64,000 nucleotides of DNA from Candidatus Levyibacteriota bacterium (GTDB lineage: Bacteria > Patescibacteriota > Microgenomatia > Levybacterales > UBA12049): NCBI GenBank assembly GCA_016432345.1, contig CP066685.1, forward strand, positions 624,236 to 688,235, read 5' to 3'. A program made the position numbers and the translations under genes. The notes beneath the pieces were generated by a model. The model saw only the letters and a list, made by a program, of their open reading frames with translations, was not told the DNA's origin and ran no database searches. Below are positions 17,242-25,436 of this stretch, piece after piece; the first letter of the stretch is position 1; each line of letters starts with the position of its first letter.

Positions 17242-17586
17242 ATGTCACCCCTAAGAATAGAAGCATACAGAAGCGATTTAAGTAAATGGGTTCAAGTAGG
17301 CGAAGTGAAACCCGGGGATCCTCCTGGTTCAATATCACAAAATAAACCAGATGGCACAAGAGAATTATACTTATTTGAATGTGCTCCTGATAATTCACAA
17401 TCAACAATTTACCGCTCAAAATTTGGTGCAGATGTAGATATGGGACAGCTAAGAGCTGTTATCAGTGATAGAGCTAATTGGGAAACTATTAAAGTTTTGA
17501 GAGAAGGAGAACCTCCTTACAGAATGACCTTAAAAACTGATGTAAGCCCTCAACGCAGAATCATTCGCTTTACACACCATAAATAA
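17242..17586 (+). CDS. hypothetical protein (114 aa)
   Basis: The ATG at 17242 lies 2 nt after the upstream stop. The tracked ORF (17149) extends into the previous gene. Confidence 0.45.
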   Translation: MSPLRIEAYRSDLSKWVQVGEVKPGDPPGSISQNKPDGTRELYLFECAPDNSQSTIYRSKFGADVDMGQLRAVISDRANWETIKVLREGEPPYRMTLKTDVSPQRRIIRFTHHK

Positions 17587-17599
17587 GACTTTGAAAAGG

Positions 17600-18775
17600 C
17601 TAATCACCTGGTACATCAAAAACCAGAACAGTTAAAATTAACTCGCGGTTAGGATCATCTTTGTGATTTAATAAATAACGAAATCCAGTTTCGGATTTAA
17701 ACTCCATGTCTCTTTTATAATTTGGGTGTTCTTTAATTGTTGGTGGAATTTTTTCTAAAACAGCAGATAGATTTTTATTTCGATTAAAAATTATTAGTGC
17801 GGTTTTTGTATCCCTCCATGATGCATAACCCAATAACTGATCTAAGGCTTTGGCTAAATATTCTGGTCCCTCCCAGAATTTACATTCAGCAATAAAGATA
17901 TTTTTCTCTTTGTAGCGGATTAATATATCCGTCTTGCCGTTGTAGTTAAAAGTTTCTCCTGTTGCGCCACCCGGGAAAAGTCCATTCAGAGGCACTAAAA
18001 GTAGGAAGCGCAATGTTTCTTCCTCCATATCCTGAAAAGCTTTAGGGCTTCTCTCAAATACTAATGTCATATGATGAATAGCATCTAGTATCGAATCGTA
18101 ATCACTTTCACTTAAAAAGTATTCCTGATTTTGGGATTTACTGCCAGTAGATTGACTAATATTTAATTGTTTTTTTCTCACAGGTATTTCGTAAAATCTC
18201 TTTGCTACTGAGTCACTCTTTAGGGGGTATCTGAACGACTCAACAAACTGTCTATTTTTTCCAACTTGAGCAGCTCTATTCAAAAATTGACTGTTGATAA
18301 AACTAGAAAGGTGAACATTAAATCCTTTTATATCATAATTTAAATTCTCGATATTAAACTGTAAATCCTCCAGATCCTTTTCAAACATAGATTGTACTGT
18401 CTCGGGGTAATCGGTAGACGATGTATATACATAAGAAATCCCACCATTAACGATACTCATACAATCTTTGGGTAGTCTATAGGTAGATGGGTTGTATTCA
18501 AGTAAGTTAGTATCGCCACTTATTGGCACAAAGAAAGTCGTGCGCATTGCATTTGATCCAAAGCCATCTCTGTTAATTTCTGAGTGTTCTCGATCTATCT
18601 GGTCTTTATTTAGCTCAAATGAGGGAAGCATATAATTCTCAAGAAATTCCTTTTGTAAGCTTGCACCTTGAGAGTCTATAATATGATCAAGATTAGCAAT
18701 GCTTTTTATGATTTCCTCTTTAATTTTTTGAAAGACGTAACTAAGATTGCCTTTTCTAAATGGTATGTTATTCAT
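17600..18775 (-). CDS. protein with C-terminal PD-(D/E)XK-like nuclease motif
   Basis: 391 aa. The C-terminal GKTDILIRYKEKNIFIAECKFWEG fits D...(E)xK. The N-terminal ~250 aa have no motif. Confidence 0.55.
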   Translation of the reverse strand: MNNIPFRKGNLSYVFQKIKEEIIKSIANLDHIIDSQGASLQKEFLENYMLPSFELNKDQIDREHSEINRDGFGSNAMRTTFFVPISGDTNLLEYNPSTYRLPKDCMSIVNGGISYVYTSSTDYPETVQSMFEKDLEDLQFNIENLNYDIKGFNVHLSSFINSQFLNRAAQVGKNRQFVESFRYPLKSDSVAKRFYEIPVRKKQLNISQSTGSKSQNQEYFLSESDYDSILDAIHHMTLVFERSPKAFQDMEEETLRFLLLVPLNGLFPGGATGETFNYNGKTDILIRYKEKNIFIAECKFWEGPEYLAKALDQLLGYASWRDTKTALIIFNRNKNLSAVLEKIPPTIKEHPNYKRDMEFKSETGFRYLLNHKDDPNRELILTVLVFDVPGD

Positions 18776-18793
18776 ATTAGATTTAAATTACTC

Positions 18794-19000
18794 TTAATTT
18801 TCAATTAATAAACTATCTGTCTGCTTTGTTATCAATCTAATAATATCTTCCCTGCGGTATCTTCTTTCCCCAACTCCTTTTTTATTTCCTACACGAATTG
18901 CTTTTAACTTTCCGGATTTATCCCATCTTCTAAGGGTTGGTGGCATAACCCCTAGTATTTTCGCAACTTGGTTAATTGTAAGAAGTTTTGACCGCTCCAT
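18794..19000 (-). CDS. MerR/excisionase-type HTH protein
   Basis: 68 aa. LTINQVAKILGVMPPTLRRWDKSGKLKAIRVG is a typical HTH_17/Xis-like pattern. It lies 18 nt upstream of the 391-aa gene. Confidence 0.75.
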   Translation of the reverse strand: MERSKLLTINQVAKILGVMPPTLRRWDKSGKLKAIRVGNKKGVGERRYRREDIIRLITKQTDSLLIEN

Positions 19001-19119
19001 CTTATCCTAATTAAAAGTAGTTAACAATTGTTATTGTACATGATTTTGCATAAAAAATAGGTTTTTAAGGCTAATTCCGGTTGCAACCACCATATTAAAT
19101 CTGGTAAACTACTCATTGT

Positions 19120-19172
19120 AAGGAATTCTTGCGAGAACTCACGCAGTCTGTGCAATATCTCGTGAGGATCAC
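19120..19172. repeat. ~53-bp direct repeat, copy 1
   Basis: Contains the 23-mer AACTCACGCAGTCTGTGCAATAT (19136-19158), identical to 21259-21281, with similar flanks. Confidence 0.75.
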
Positions 19173-19246
19173 CCAATAATATTTGTGATTTTGTAAGGTT
19201 TTAGCTTCAAGAAATTGTGGAGAATTCCTCAAATTTAAGCCTATAA

Positions 19247-19271
19247 CCAAGAGACCGAGCAGGATTCGAAC
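19247..19271 (-). other. tRNA 3'-end-like remnant, copy B
   Basis: Same 25-mer as 15616-15640. The sequence 5' of the T-loop differs from copy A. Confidence 0.5.
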
Positions 19272-19290
19272 TAATGTTTAGGTTGTTCTA

Positions 19291-19461
19291 TCAACCCTCT
19301 TCATTTTTCCAGTCCCATCCATCACTATCCTTTTCCCAATCAGGTCCATAAAAATACTGCATTAACCCACAGCATAATTGATAAACAAATACTTGTATTT
19401 TCTTTAAATCTTCATCGGATGAATCCGGATAATATTTTCTAATTACATCTAAAGGTAGCAC
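19291..19461 (-). CDS. conserved 56-aa ORF, copy B
   Basis: GTG start 9 nt after GGAGGTGA. Sequence VLPLDVIRKYYPDSSDEDLKKIQVFVYQLCCGLMQYFYGPDWEKDSDGWDWKNEEG. Same length as copy A. Confidence 0.55.
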   Translation of the reverse strand: MLPLDVIRKYYPDSSDEDLKKIQVFVYQLCCGLMQYFYGPDWEKDSDGWDWKNEEG

Positions 19462-19559
19462 CGTTAATAATCACCTCCTTAGACAATCAAAAATTATTAA
19501 CCATAAAACTCAACCTATAGTTTGCTTTGTAGCTTCATTTAAGGTATAATATATATTCT

Positions 19560-21134
19560 ATGGGTGAAAGAATCCAACCAAACGACTTAAGTACATCTCG
19601 AGACCCTCATTTGCAGGGTCTTATAGCGCAGAATATCCAAGCTCTAGGTGAGCAACCTCTAGTTAGAGTTGTTCAAGCACTCCAAAGATTCAATGGTCCC
19701 GTAACAGTTCAAGAGAAGGATGGAACGCAAAGGGTTGATAACAACTGGCATTTAAGACAGGTCTTACAAGAATTACCAGGTTATGCAGAAGCATCGGAAC
19801 ATGCTGGATTAGCACCAGACCAAGCTGAAGGATTACTTACTCACCTACTAAACTCTACTCCATATGACTTCGAACGCAATGAAATTAATGTCTCATTACT
19901 TAAACGTTCACTTAATCAGGAAGCCGAGCTTAATCAGAGACTTACCAAAAGAGATATCGGTAGACTAAGAAGAATGATTACCATAGCAGGTAAATATGGA
20001 GTGCTCCCTCACACAATTTACGGCTATACAACAGCCCGAAGAATTGGGCTTTCTATACAAGATAGCACAGCAATGGTCATGCACCTATCTGATGCAGATG
20101 GTTCATTAGCTGGTTATACTTTTGGTTCATTTAATGAGGCACTCTCATCCTTAGCTATTGCACAAGTTGACCCTGAAGTTGTCAAAGATACTTTTGCTCG
20201 TGTAGGCGGAAGAAGACCATATTTTAGACAGGGTTTATATAGGGCACTCGAAGAAATGATTACATTTGGCTGTCCTTCAAATAGAACAAATCCCCAGGAA
20301 GTATTACAGGGACTACTCGCAAACCTACAAGAGGGTGAAGATATTGAAACGGCTATAGAAAGATATCTTAGTGAAGAACAAAGAAAACTTCCAAACGAGA
20401 ATGAAGTGGTAATTTATGAACTAGGTGAAGAAAGAGATAGCTACTTTATTCCCAAGGCTGGACATCTTGAACTCGCTGCTTTACCATACAGAACCCAGCG
20501 TGGTTTGAATGATGGAGTAAGGGACTTAGAAGAAATTGCTAGAGCTCGAAGTCATAGATGGGAATCTGTTGGTGAGGGCATGTGGATTTTTGACCCCAAT
20601 GGAGACACTTGGTATTCGTTAGGTGGTAAAACAGAAGTCCATCCAGATAGGGTTAGGCATAACTTTATTCCTTATGACGCCTCTCAACTTAGCGAAAAGC
20701 CCTATATGTTTCACACCCATCCTGAAGATTTGGAAGTAATGCTAAGAAATCCTTACGATGATTTCCCATCCAGGGAATATAGAGATCATGTTACTAAGTT
20801 TTTGTCTTCTACACCAAGCAGGGCTGATTATTCTGTGGTTGCAGATACCATTGAAAGAGCTACTTCAGAAATTCATCCTAGATCATTTATCGTTCACTCA
20901 TTAGGAATAACGGAATTCACATACCCAAATGATTTAGAAAAAATAAAAGAAATGGCTACTAAATCAAGAGACATTAGAGATCAGGCTATGTTAAATTTCG
21001 GCTGGGATTACCTTCATTGGAGACGAGATATTATCGATGAACCAACAGTAGCGAGAATGCTAATAGATGATTTGAATAAACTTCTACCCGAAGGATTCTC
21101 AATTAAATTGCATGAGCCTGGAACCAATCTCTAA
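19560..21134 (+). CDS. hypothetical soluble protein with C-terminal JAB/MPN-like metal-site motif
   Basis: 524 aa. MFHTHPED...(~30 aa)...SSTPSRADY resembles the H-x-H...S-x-x-D motif of JAMM/RadC-type domains, but with a long insertion. Confidence 0.55.
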   Translation: MGERIQPNDLSTSRDPHLQGLIAQNIQALGEQPLVRVVQALQRFNGPVTVQEKDGTQRVDNNWHLRQVLQELPGYAEASEHAGLAPDQAEGLLTHLLNSTPYDFERNEINVSLLKRSLNQEAELNQRLTKRDIGRLRRMITIAGKYGVLPHTIYGYTTARRIGLSIQDSTAMVMHLSDADGSLAGYTFGSFNEALSSLAIAQVDPEVVKDTFARVGGRRPYFRQGLYRALEEMITFGCPSNRTNPQEVLQGLLANLQEGEDIETAIERYLSEEQRKLPNENEVVIYELGEERDSYFIPKAGHLELAALPYRTQRGLNDGVRDLEEIARARSHRWESVGEGMWIFDPNGDTWYSLGGKTEVHPDRVRHNFIPYDASQLSEKPYMFHTHPEDLEVMLRNPYDDFPSREYRDHVTKFLSSTPSRADYSVVADTIERATSEIHPRSFIVHSLGITEFTYPNDLEKIKEMATKSRDIRDQAMLNFGWDYLHWRRDIIDEPTVARMLIDDLNKLLPEGFSIKLHEPGTNL

Positions 21135-21242
21135 AAGGGTGCTTAAGAAGTATGATCTACCTGTAATTGAAGAATAAACTATACATACTTATACATTTTT
21201 CAGGCCAAATTGGTAGGCAAACTCAGAGTTTAGACCGTCCTG

Positions 21243-21295
21243 AAGGAATAATTTGAAAAACTCACGCAGTCTGTGCAATATATCGTTGGGATCAC
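21243..21295. repeat. ~53-bp direct repeat, copy 2
   Basis: See 19120-19172. It also reads as TTGAAA-17 nt-CAATAT, which is promoter-like on the + strand. Confidence 0.75.
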
Positions 21296-21299
21296 TGAA

Positions 21300-21520
21300 T
21301 TGGAAATCCCAAAAGAGTCCAAAGGTTGGCTCTGCGCGGGAACGGGCGCGCAGAGCTCTGCAAAGCCCCGTTTGAATTCTGGCACAAGTCGCCGATCAGT
21401 TAAAAAGAAGTTCGAGCCGACAGTTTTTGCTCCGATTGCTAAATCGGAGCATGTATTTTTTGCAAACACAAAAGACAGATGCGCGCGATTTTTTATATTA
21501 TAATCCCGCAAGGCGGGACA
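21300..21520. ncRNA. GC-rich hairpin-dense non-coding island R1 (unknown family; orientation unresolved)
   Basis: Three strong hairpins: 21329-21356 (10 bp), 21429-21450 (9 bp) and 21504-21518 (6 bp). The core GTTCGAGCCGACAGTTTTT at 21410-21428 is shared with 26732-26750. The only ORFs here are mutually overlapping on both strands. Confidence 0.4.
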
Positions 21521-21576
21521 AGACAAAACACAAATGTTTTCTTAGTCAACCCTACTAAAGCTCATTTATATTTAAC

Positions 21577-22533
21577 TTATTGGAGAAACTTAAAGGAGTT
21601 AAGTATTAAATCTACCGTGGCTTTTTCTGTTGGTTCTGTCTTATTTTTAGTATTAACAGCAGCTATCCAAATATAAATTACTTGGTCGCCTAATGGTTGA
21701 AAGTCAGCAAAATAATATACTTTGGAATGTGTTCCATCCTCATATTTAGAAGTCCACACAGCAACATCTTTACCATTTAGAGTTTTTTGTTCTATGGATT
21801 CAGTTTTTGCCCCTTGCTTATCCTCACCATATTTAGCATCATCTTTAACAAAAGCTAGCAGTTCATTCATGTTTGAAACTTTACCGCTATCCTTGTACCA
21901 GAAATATAAATTGGTATCAGTATCTTTATCGGAAGTGATAGTTACTTGCCCTTGCGCAAAAGGATAAGTACTTCTTTTCCAAGACTTTGGATAGTCAAAA
22001 GAGTAACCAAATTTCTTATCTTCATAATGAACCATTTCTCCCTGCTGAATTGTCTTAACATCATTTAGTTTATAAAGAACTACATTTCCTACAACAACAA
22101 GAACCGCAAGTGAAACTAGTCCTAAGAAAATCCAAGTAACAATTTTACCTATTTTTCCAAGAGGTTTGTTTGTACCACTAGCAGCTCTTTTTCCTCCAAA
22201 TCCTCCAATAAGGGTTATTGCTAGTCCTTGCCCAAAAGTAATTTCTTGTGTTAAAAGATAGACAACCACAGCTCCTAGTAAGCTGGCAAATAATGTAATT
22301 GATACTCCCTGCCAGAAAGGAGAGCCTAAAACCTTATTTACTTCTGGTGTTTTAGATAAAGATTTGACTCCGTAATAACCTGCAAGCCATGCAAAAAGTA
22401 GATTAAAAGGGACTTCTATCAAAGGACTACTCCCGCTCCCAAAAAGATAAGCAAAAAATAGGCTAACTGCAATGTTACCAAGAATTAATAATCCACTATA
22501 AATTAGTAAAGTTCGAAGAATTTTTGACCACAT
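21577..22533 (-). CDS. membrane protein with extracytoplasmic C-terminal domain
   Basis: 318 aa with ~5 N-terminal TM helices and a soluble domain (FGYSFDYPKSWK...). No catalytic motif. Confidence 0.6.
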   Translation of the reverse strand: MWSKILRTLLIYSGLLILGNIAVSLFFAYLFGSGSSPLIEVPFNLLFAWLAGYYGVKSLSKTPEVNKVLGSPFWQGVSITLFASLLGAVVVYLLTQEITFGQGLAITLIGGFGGKRAASGTNKPLGKIGKIVTWIFLGLVSLAVLVVVGNVVLYKLNDVKTIQQGEMVHYEDKKFGYSFDYPKSWKRSTYPFAQGQVTITSDKDTDTNLYFWYKDSGKVSNMNELLAFVKDDAKYGEDKQGAKTESIEQKTLNGKDVAVWTSKYEDGTHSKVYYFADFQPLGDQVIYIWIAAVNTKNKTEPTEKATVDLILNSFKFLQ

Positions 22534-22657
22534 ATTATTATTATCAGTATCTCAGAAAAATGGCTCTATTGCAATTAGAATTTTAATTGTTTTTAACTTA
22601 TGCTTTTTGAGGTACTTATCCCTTGACAACAAGGCTTAACTATGCTACACTAGCCTC

Positions 22658-23548
22658 ATGTCAGAAAAATTTAGCCTCCGTTCATTCAAGCAAAAATATG
22701 GTACGCATCAAGACTGCCTCGAAGCTATTAAGCAACTTCGTTTCCCCGATCCTTTTACTTGCCCAAAATGCAATACTATGCAGAAATTTTACCCTGTAAG
22801 TGGTCGTACAGCGTATGCTTGCAACAGTTGTGGAAACCACATCTATCCCCTAGCAGGAACAATCTTTGAGAAATCTACTACTCCCTTAGACTTATGGTTC
22901 TTTGCTATGTATCTTATGACACAAACGAGAAGTGGCACATCGGCTAAACAACTTGAAAGAATGTTAGGAGTAACATACAAGACAGCTTGGAGAATGTTTA
23001 AGCAGATAAGATTGCTTATGGTACAGTCTCCATCACTTTTAGATGGAATTGTGGAGATTGACGAAACATATTTTGGTGGTAAAGGAAAAAACAGAGCCTA
23101 CCAGTGGCATGGTGGGGTAGAGGAAAAAGAAATCATTATGGGCATTGTCAAAAGGAAAGGCACAGCTTACGCAAAACATATTCCTGATACGAAAAAGTGG
23201 ACTTTAATCAATCAAATAAAACAACATGTTGATCCCAAAGCCCATGTCATGACCGATGATCTTGCTTCATACAGACATTTATACGATCATGGATTCTACA
23301 AACACTACAGCGTAAACCATTCAAACAGGGAATACGTTAGACACCACCTTTTCCATACGAATAATGTAGAGGGCTTGTGGTCGCATATAAAACGTGGGGT
23401 TTATGGTGTGTATAGGAAAGTCAGTAAAAAATACTTACAGGCATATATTGACGAATACACCTGGAGATACAATAATAGGAATTATATCGGTGGAATGTTT
23501 GATATCTTGCTAAAACAGGTTACAGAAGTTAAGATAATAAAAGAGTAA
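22658..23548 (+). CDS. IS1595-family (ISXO2-like) DDE transposase
   Basis: 296 aa. N-terminal Zn-ribbon CPKC...CNSC, then VEIDETYFGG and MTDDLASY...NNVEGLWSHIKR, typical of DDE_Tnp_IS1595. Confidence 0.9.
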   Translation: MSEKFSLRSFKQKYGTHQDCLEAIKQLRFPDPFTCPKCNTMQKFYPVSGRTAYACNSCGNHIYPLAGTIFEKSTTPLDLWFFAMYLMTQTRSGTSAKQLERMLGVTYKTAWRMFKQIRLLMVQSPSLLDGIVEIDETYFGGKGKNRAYQWHGGVEEKEIIMGIVKRKGTAYAKHIPDTKKWTLINQIKQHVDPKAHVMTDDLASYRHLYDHGFYKHYSVNHSNREYVRHHLFHTNNVEGLWSHIKRGVYGVYRKVSKKYLQAYIDEYTWRYNNRNYIGGMFDILLKQVTEVKIIKE

Positions 23549-23549
23549 T

Positions 23550-24497
23550 ATGAATGTAGCAGTAAATAATTTCGCAATAGAAATTCGCAATAAATCATGG
23601 GCGAATAATGAGTATATACCCTCCTGGGTCGATATAGATGCTATTGGACTGGATCAGTTTTTCACTCACCCTTCTATTGCAAAAGCATGTTGGGACTCCC
23701 TCTGCAAATACATGCAATTAGATGGTGTCAATATAGCTCATTATAAATTTGTTGAACCAGGAGCAGGGCTTGGAGCGTTTTATGACCTGTTGCCAAAGAA
23801 TCGCTGTATAGGAATTGACGTTGTTCGGTTTCGTCCTGAATATATCCAAAAAGATTTTCTTACATGGTTACCAAGAAAAAATGGTTACAGTTATGCCTGT
23901 GTAGGTAATCCCCCCTTCGGTTACAGAGCATGGCTGGCTTTGGCTTTCCTAAATCACGCTGCTAAGTTTTCCAATTATGTTGGTTTTATTCTTCCTATGG
24001 CATTTCAAAGTAGGGGCAAAAGTAACGTACAAGATAGAGTTAGAGGGCTTCATCTTGCTCATTCGTCGCCACTACCATCTAATAGTTTTGTTGATGCCGA
24101 TGGCAATATCTTGAAGGTGAATGCCTTGTGGCAGATATGGACACGATCAGACAATAAGAAGGTAACCACACCCAAAACATGTAATCAGTATATTGACCTG
24201 TTCACAGTAGACATGAGAAAAGAGCGACTATGTGGGCAAAAACGACTTGATGAGGCAGACTTCTTTTTACAACGCACCTTTTATACCAAACCTCCATCGT
24301 TAGTTACTAACTTTGACCAAGTCAAATACGTGTGTGGCTATGGTATTGTAATCAAGCGTGACAGGAGAAAAGTGCTTAAGGCATTACGAAATGCTGACTG
24401 GAAGCATTACAGTAATCTTGCAAGTCATAATTGCAGACATATAAGCATGGGTCACATCCGTGCAGCATTGACCGATAGAGGATTTATAGATAGATGA
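23550..24497 (+). CDS. N6-adenine DNA methyltransferase
   Basis: 315 aa. Motif I VEPGAGLGAF and motif IV GNPPFGY. Starts 1 nt after the transposase stop. Confidence 0.8.
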   Translation: MNVAVNNFAIEIRNKSWANNEYIPSWVDIDAIGLDQFFTHPSIAKACWDSLCKYMQLDGVNIAHYKFVEPGAGLGAFYDLLPKNRCIGIDVVRFRPEYIQKDFLTWLPRKNGYSYACVGNPPFGYRAWLALAFLNHAAKFSNYVGFILPMAFQSRGKSNVQDRVRGLHLAHSSPLPSNSFVDADGNILKVNALWQIWTRSDNKKVTTPKTCNQYIDLFTVDMRKERLCGQKRLDEADFFLQRTFYTKPPSLVTNFDQVKYVCGYGIVIKRDRRKVLKALRNADWKHYSNLASHNCRHISMGHIRAALTDRGFIDR

Positions 24498-24997
24498 TTG
24501 ATCCATTAGCTTTACTATTAGAAATCGCCAAAGAAAAAACAAAACTAGGTAAATGGAGTGGTCAGCCATTGGAGTTAATTAAGGTCATGCCCAATAGTAC
24601 TAAGGGTGACTTGGTAGAAACCTTTATTATTGAATACAGCAAGGAGTTGGGTTTTGATGTGGTAGATAGAACTAATCGTCTTGGAGATTATGACGCAAAA
24701 ATAAATGGAATGACCTTCGAAATCAAAATGGCAACAGAAGATATTAGTGGAAATTTCCAGTTCAATCACATAAGGTACGATTATACTTACGATTGGATAT
24801 TGTGTGTTGGAATCGCTCCCGCTGATATTATATTTGACATATGGTCCAAAGCCGATCTTGTTACGGGCAAAGCAGGAAAACTTGTGTCAATGGGGCGTGG
24901 ACAAAACTCTAGTTTCAAATTAACAAAACAAAAGAAGTCTTTACACCCAATCAGTGAATTCATGTCGGAAATAAAATCCCTTGCAAAAGAAAAGTAA
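24494..24997 (+). CDS. candidate cognate restriction endonuclease (PD-(D/E)XK-like)
   Basis: 167 aa with a 4-nt ATGA overlap with the MTase gene. GDYDAKINGMTFEIKMA fits D-x(n)-E-x-K. Confidence 0.5.
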   Translation: MIDPLALLLEIAKEKTKLGKWSGQPLELIKVMPNSTKGDLVETFIIEYSKELGFDVVDRTNRLGDYDAKINGMTFEIKMATEDISGNFQFNHIRYDYTYDWILCVGIAPADIIFDIWSKADLVTGKAGKLVSMGRGQNSSFKLTKQKKSLHPISEFMSEIKSLAKEK

Positions 24998-25082
24998 AAA
25001 TATGTACCCCGTAGTTTTATCTATCTAACATGAAGGGATAGTTACCTTATTATTACAACAGAACCCATAAATCCTGTCGTGA

Positions 25083-25307
25083 ATGACTACACCAAGTCCA
25101 TTATACGAAAAAACTGGCGGAATAGAGGTTGCAATTCTTGATTGTTTGGGACTTCTAAGACATTTCCTTCATCTTTTTTATAGACTTAGGGCAAAATTCT
25201 TAGACGAATATCAAGTCGCTTTATTAAAAGAACCCGACAGTGCGGTTAGAGAAGAATTGAAAGAGGCTTTTTTAGCACTTCGAAAGGCCGCTAAAAGTAT
25301 CGGCTAA
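25083..25307 (+). CDS. hypothetical small protein
   Basis: 74-aa ORF only; no RBS or motif recognised. Confidence 0.25.
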   Translation: MTTPSPLYEKTGGIEVAILDCLGLLRHFLHLFYRLRAKFLDEYQVALLKEPDSAVREELKEAFLALRKAAKSIG

Positions 25308-25436
25308 CCTGAAAATTGAATAGCCCGTTTTAGCAGAGTAAGGAAATCCTTTTTAGCTCCTTTACGTCCACCTTGCTTAATGAATGCTTTTAGCTTCTTA
25401 TCGGTTTCTTTCTTTTTCGATTTATTTTTTAGTTTA

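Larger units (their letters stand above)
22611..25046 (+). mobile_element. IS1595-family transposon carrying a type II R-M pair
   Basis: Imperfect terminal inverted repeats: GGTACTTATCCCTT (22611-22624) against the reverse complement of 25033-25046, GGTAACTATCCCTT (12 of 14 match). They enclose the transposase, MTase and nuclease ORFs. No target-site duplication is visible. Confidence 0.65.

Noticed and set aside
21230-21526. ORFs 21230-21526 (-), 21273-21503 (+) and 21479-21676 (+) crossing the GC-rich island R1.
   Set aside because: They overlap one another on both strands, have no RBS, and are dominated by hairpin sequence. Open frames are expected by chance in a locally GC-rich stretch, so the region is treated as non-coding.
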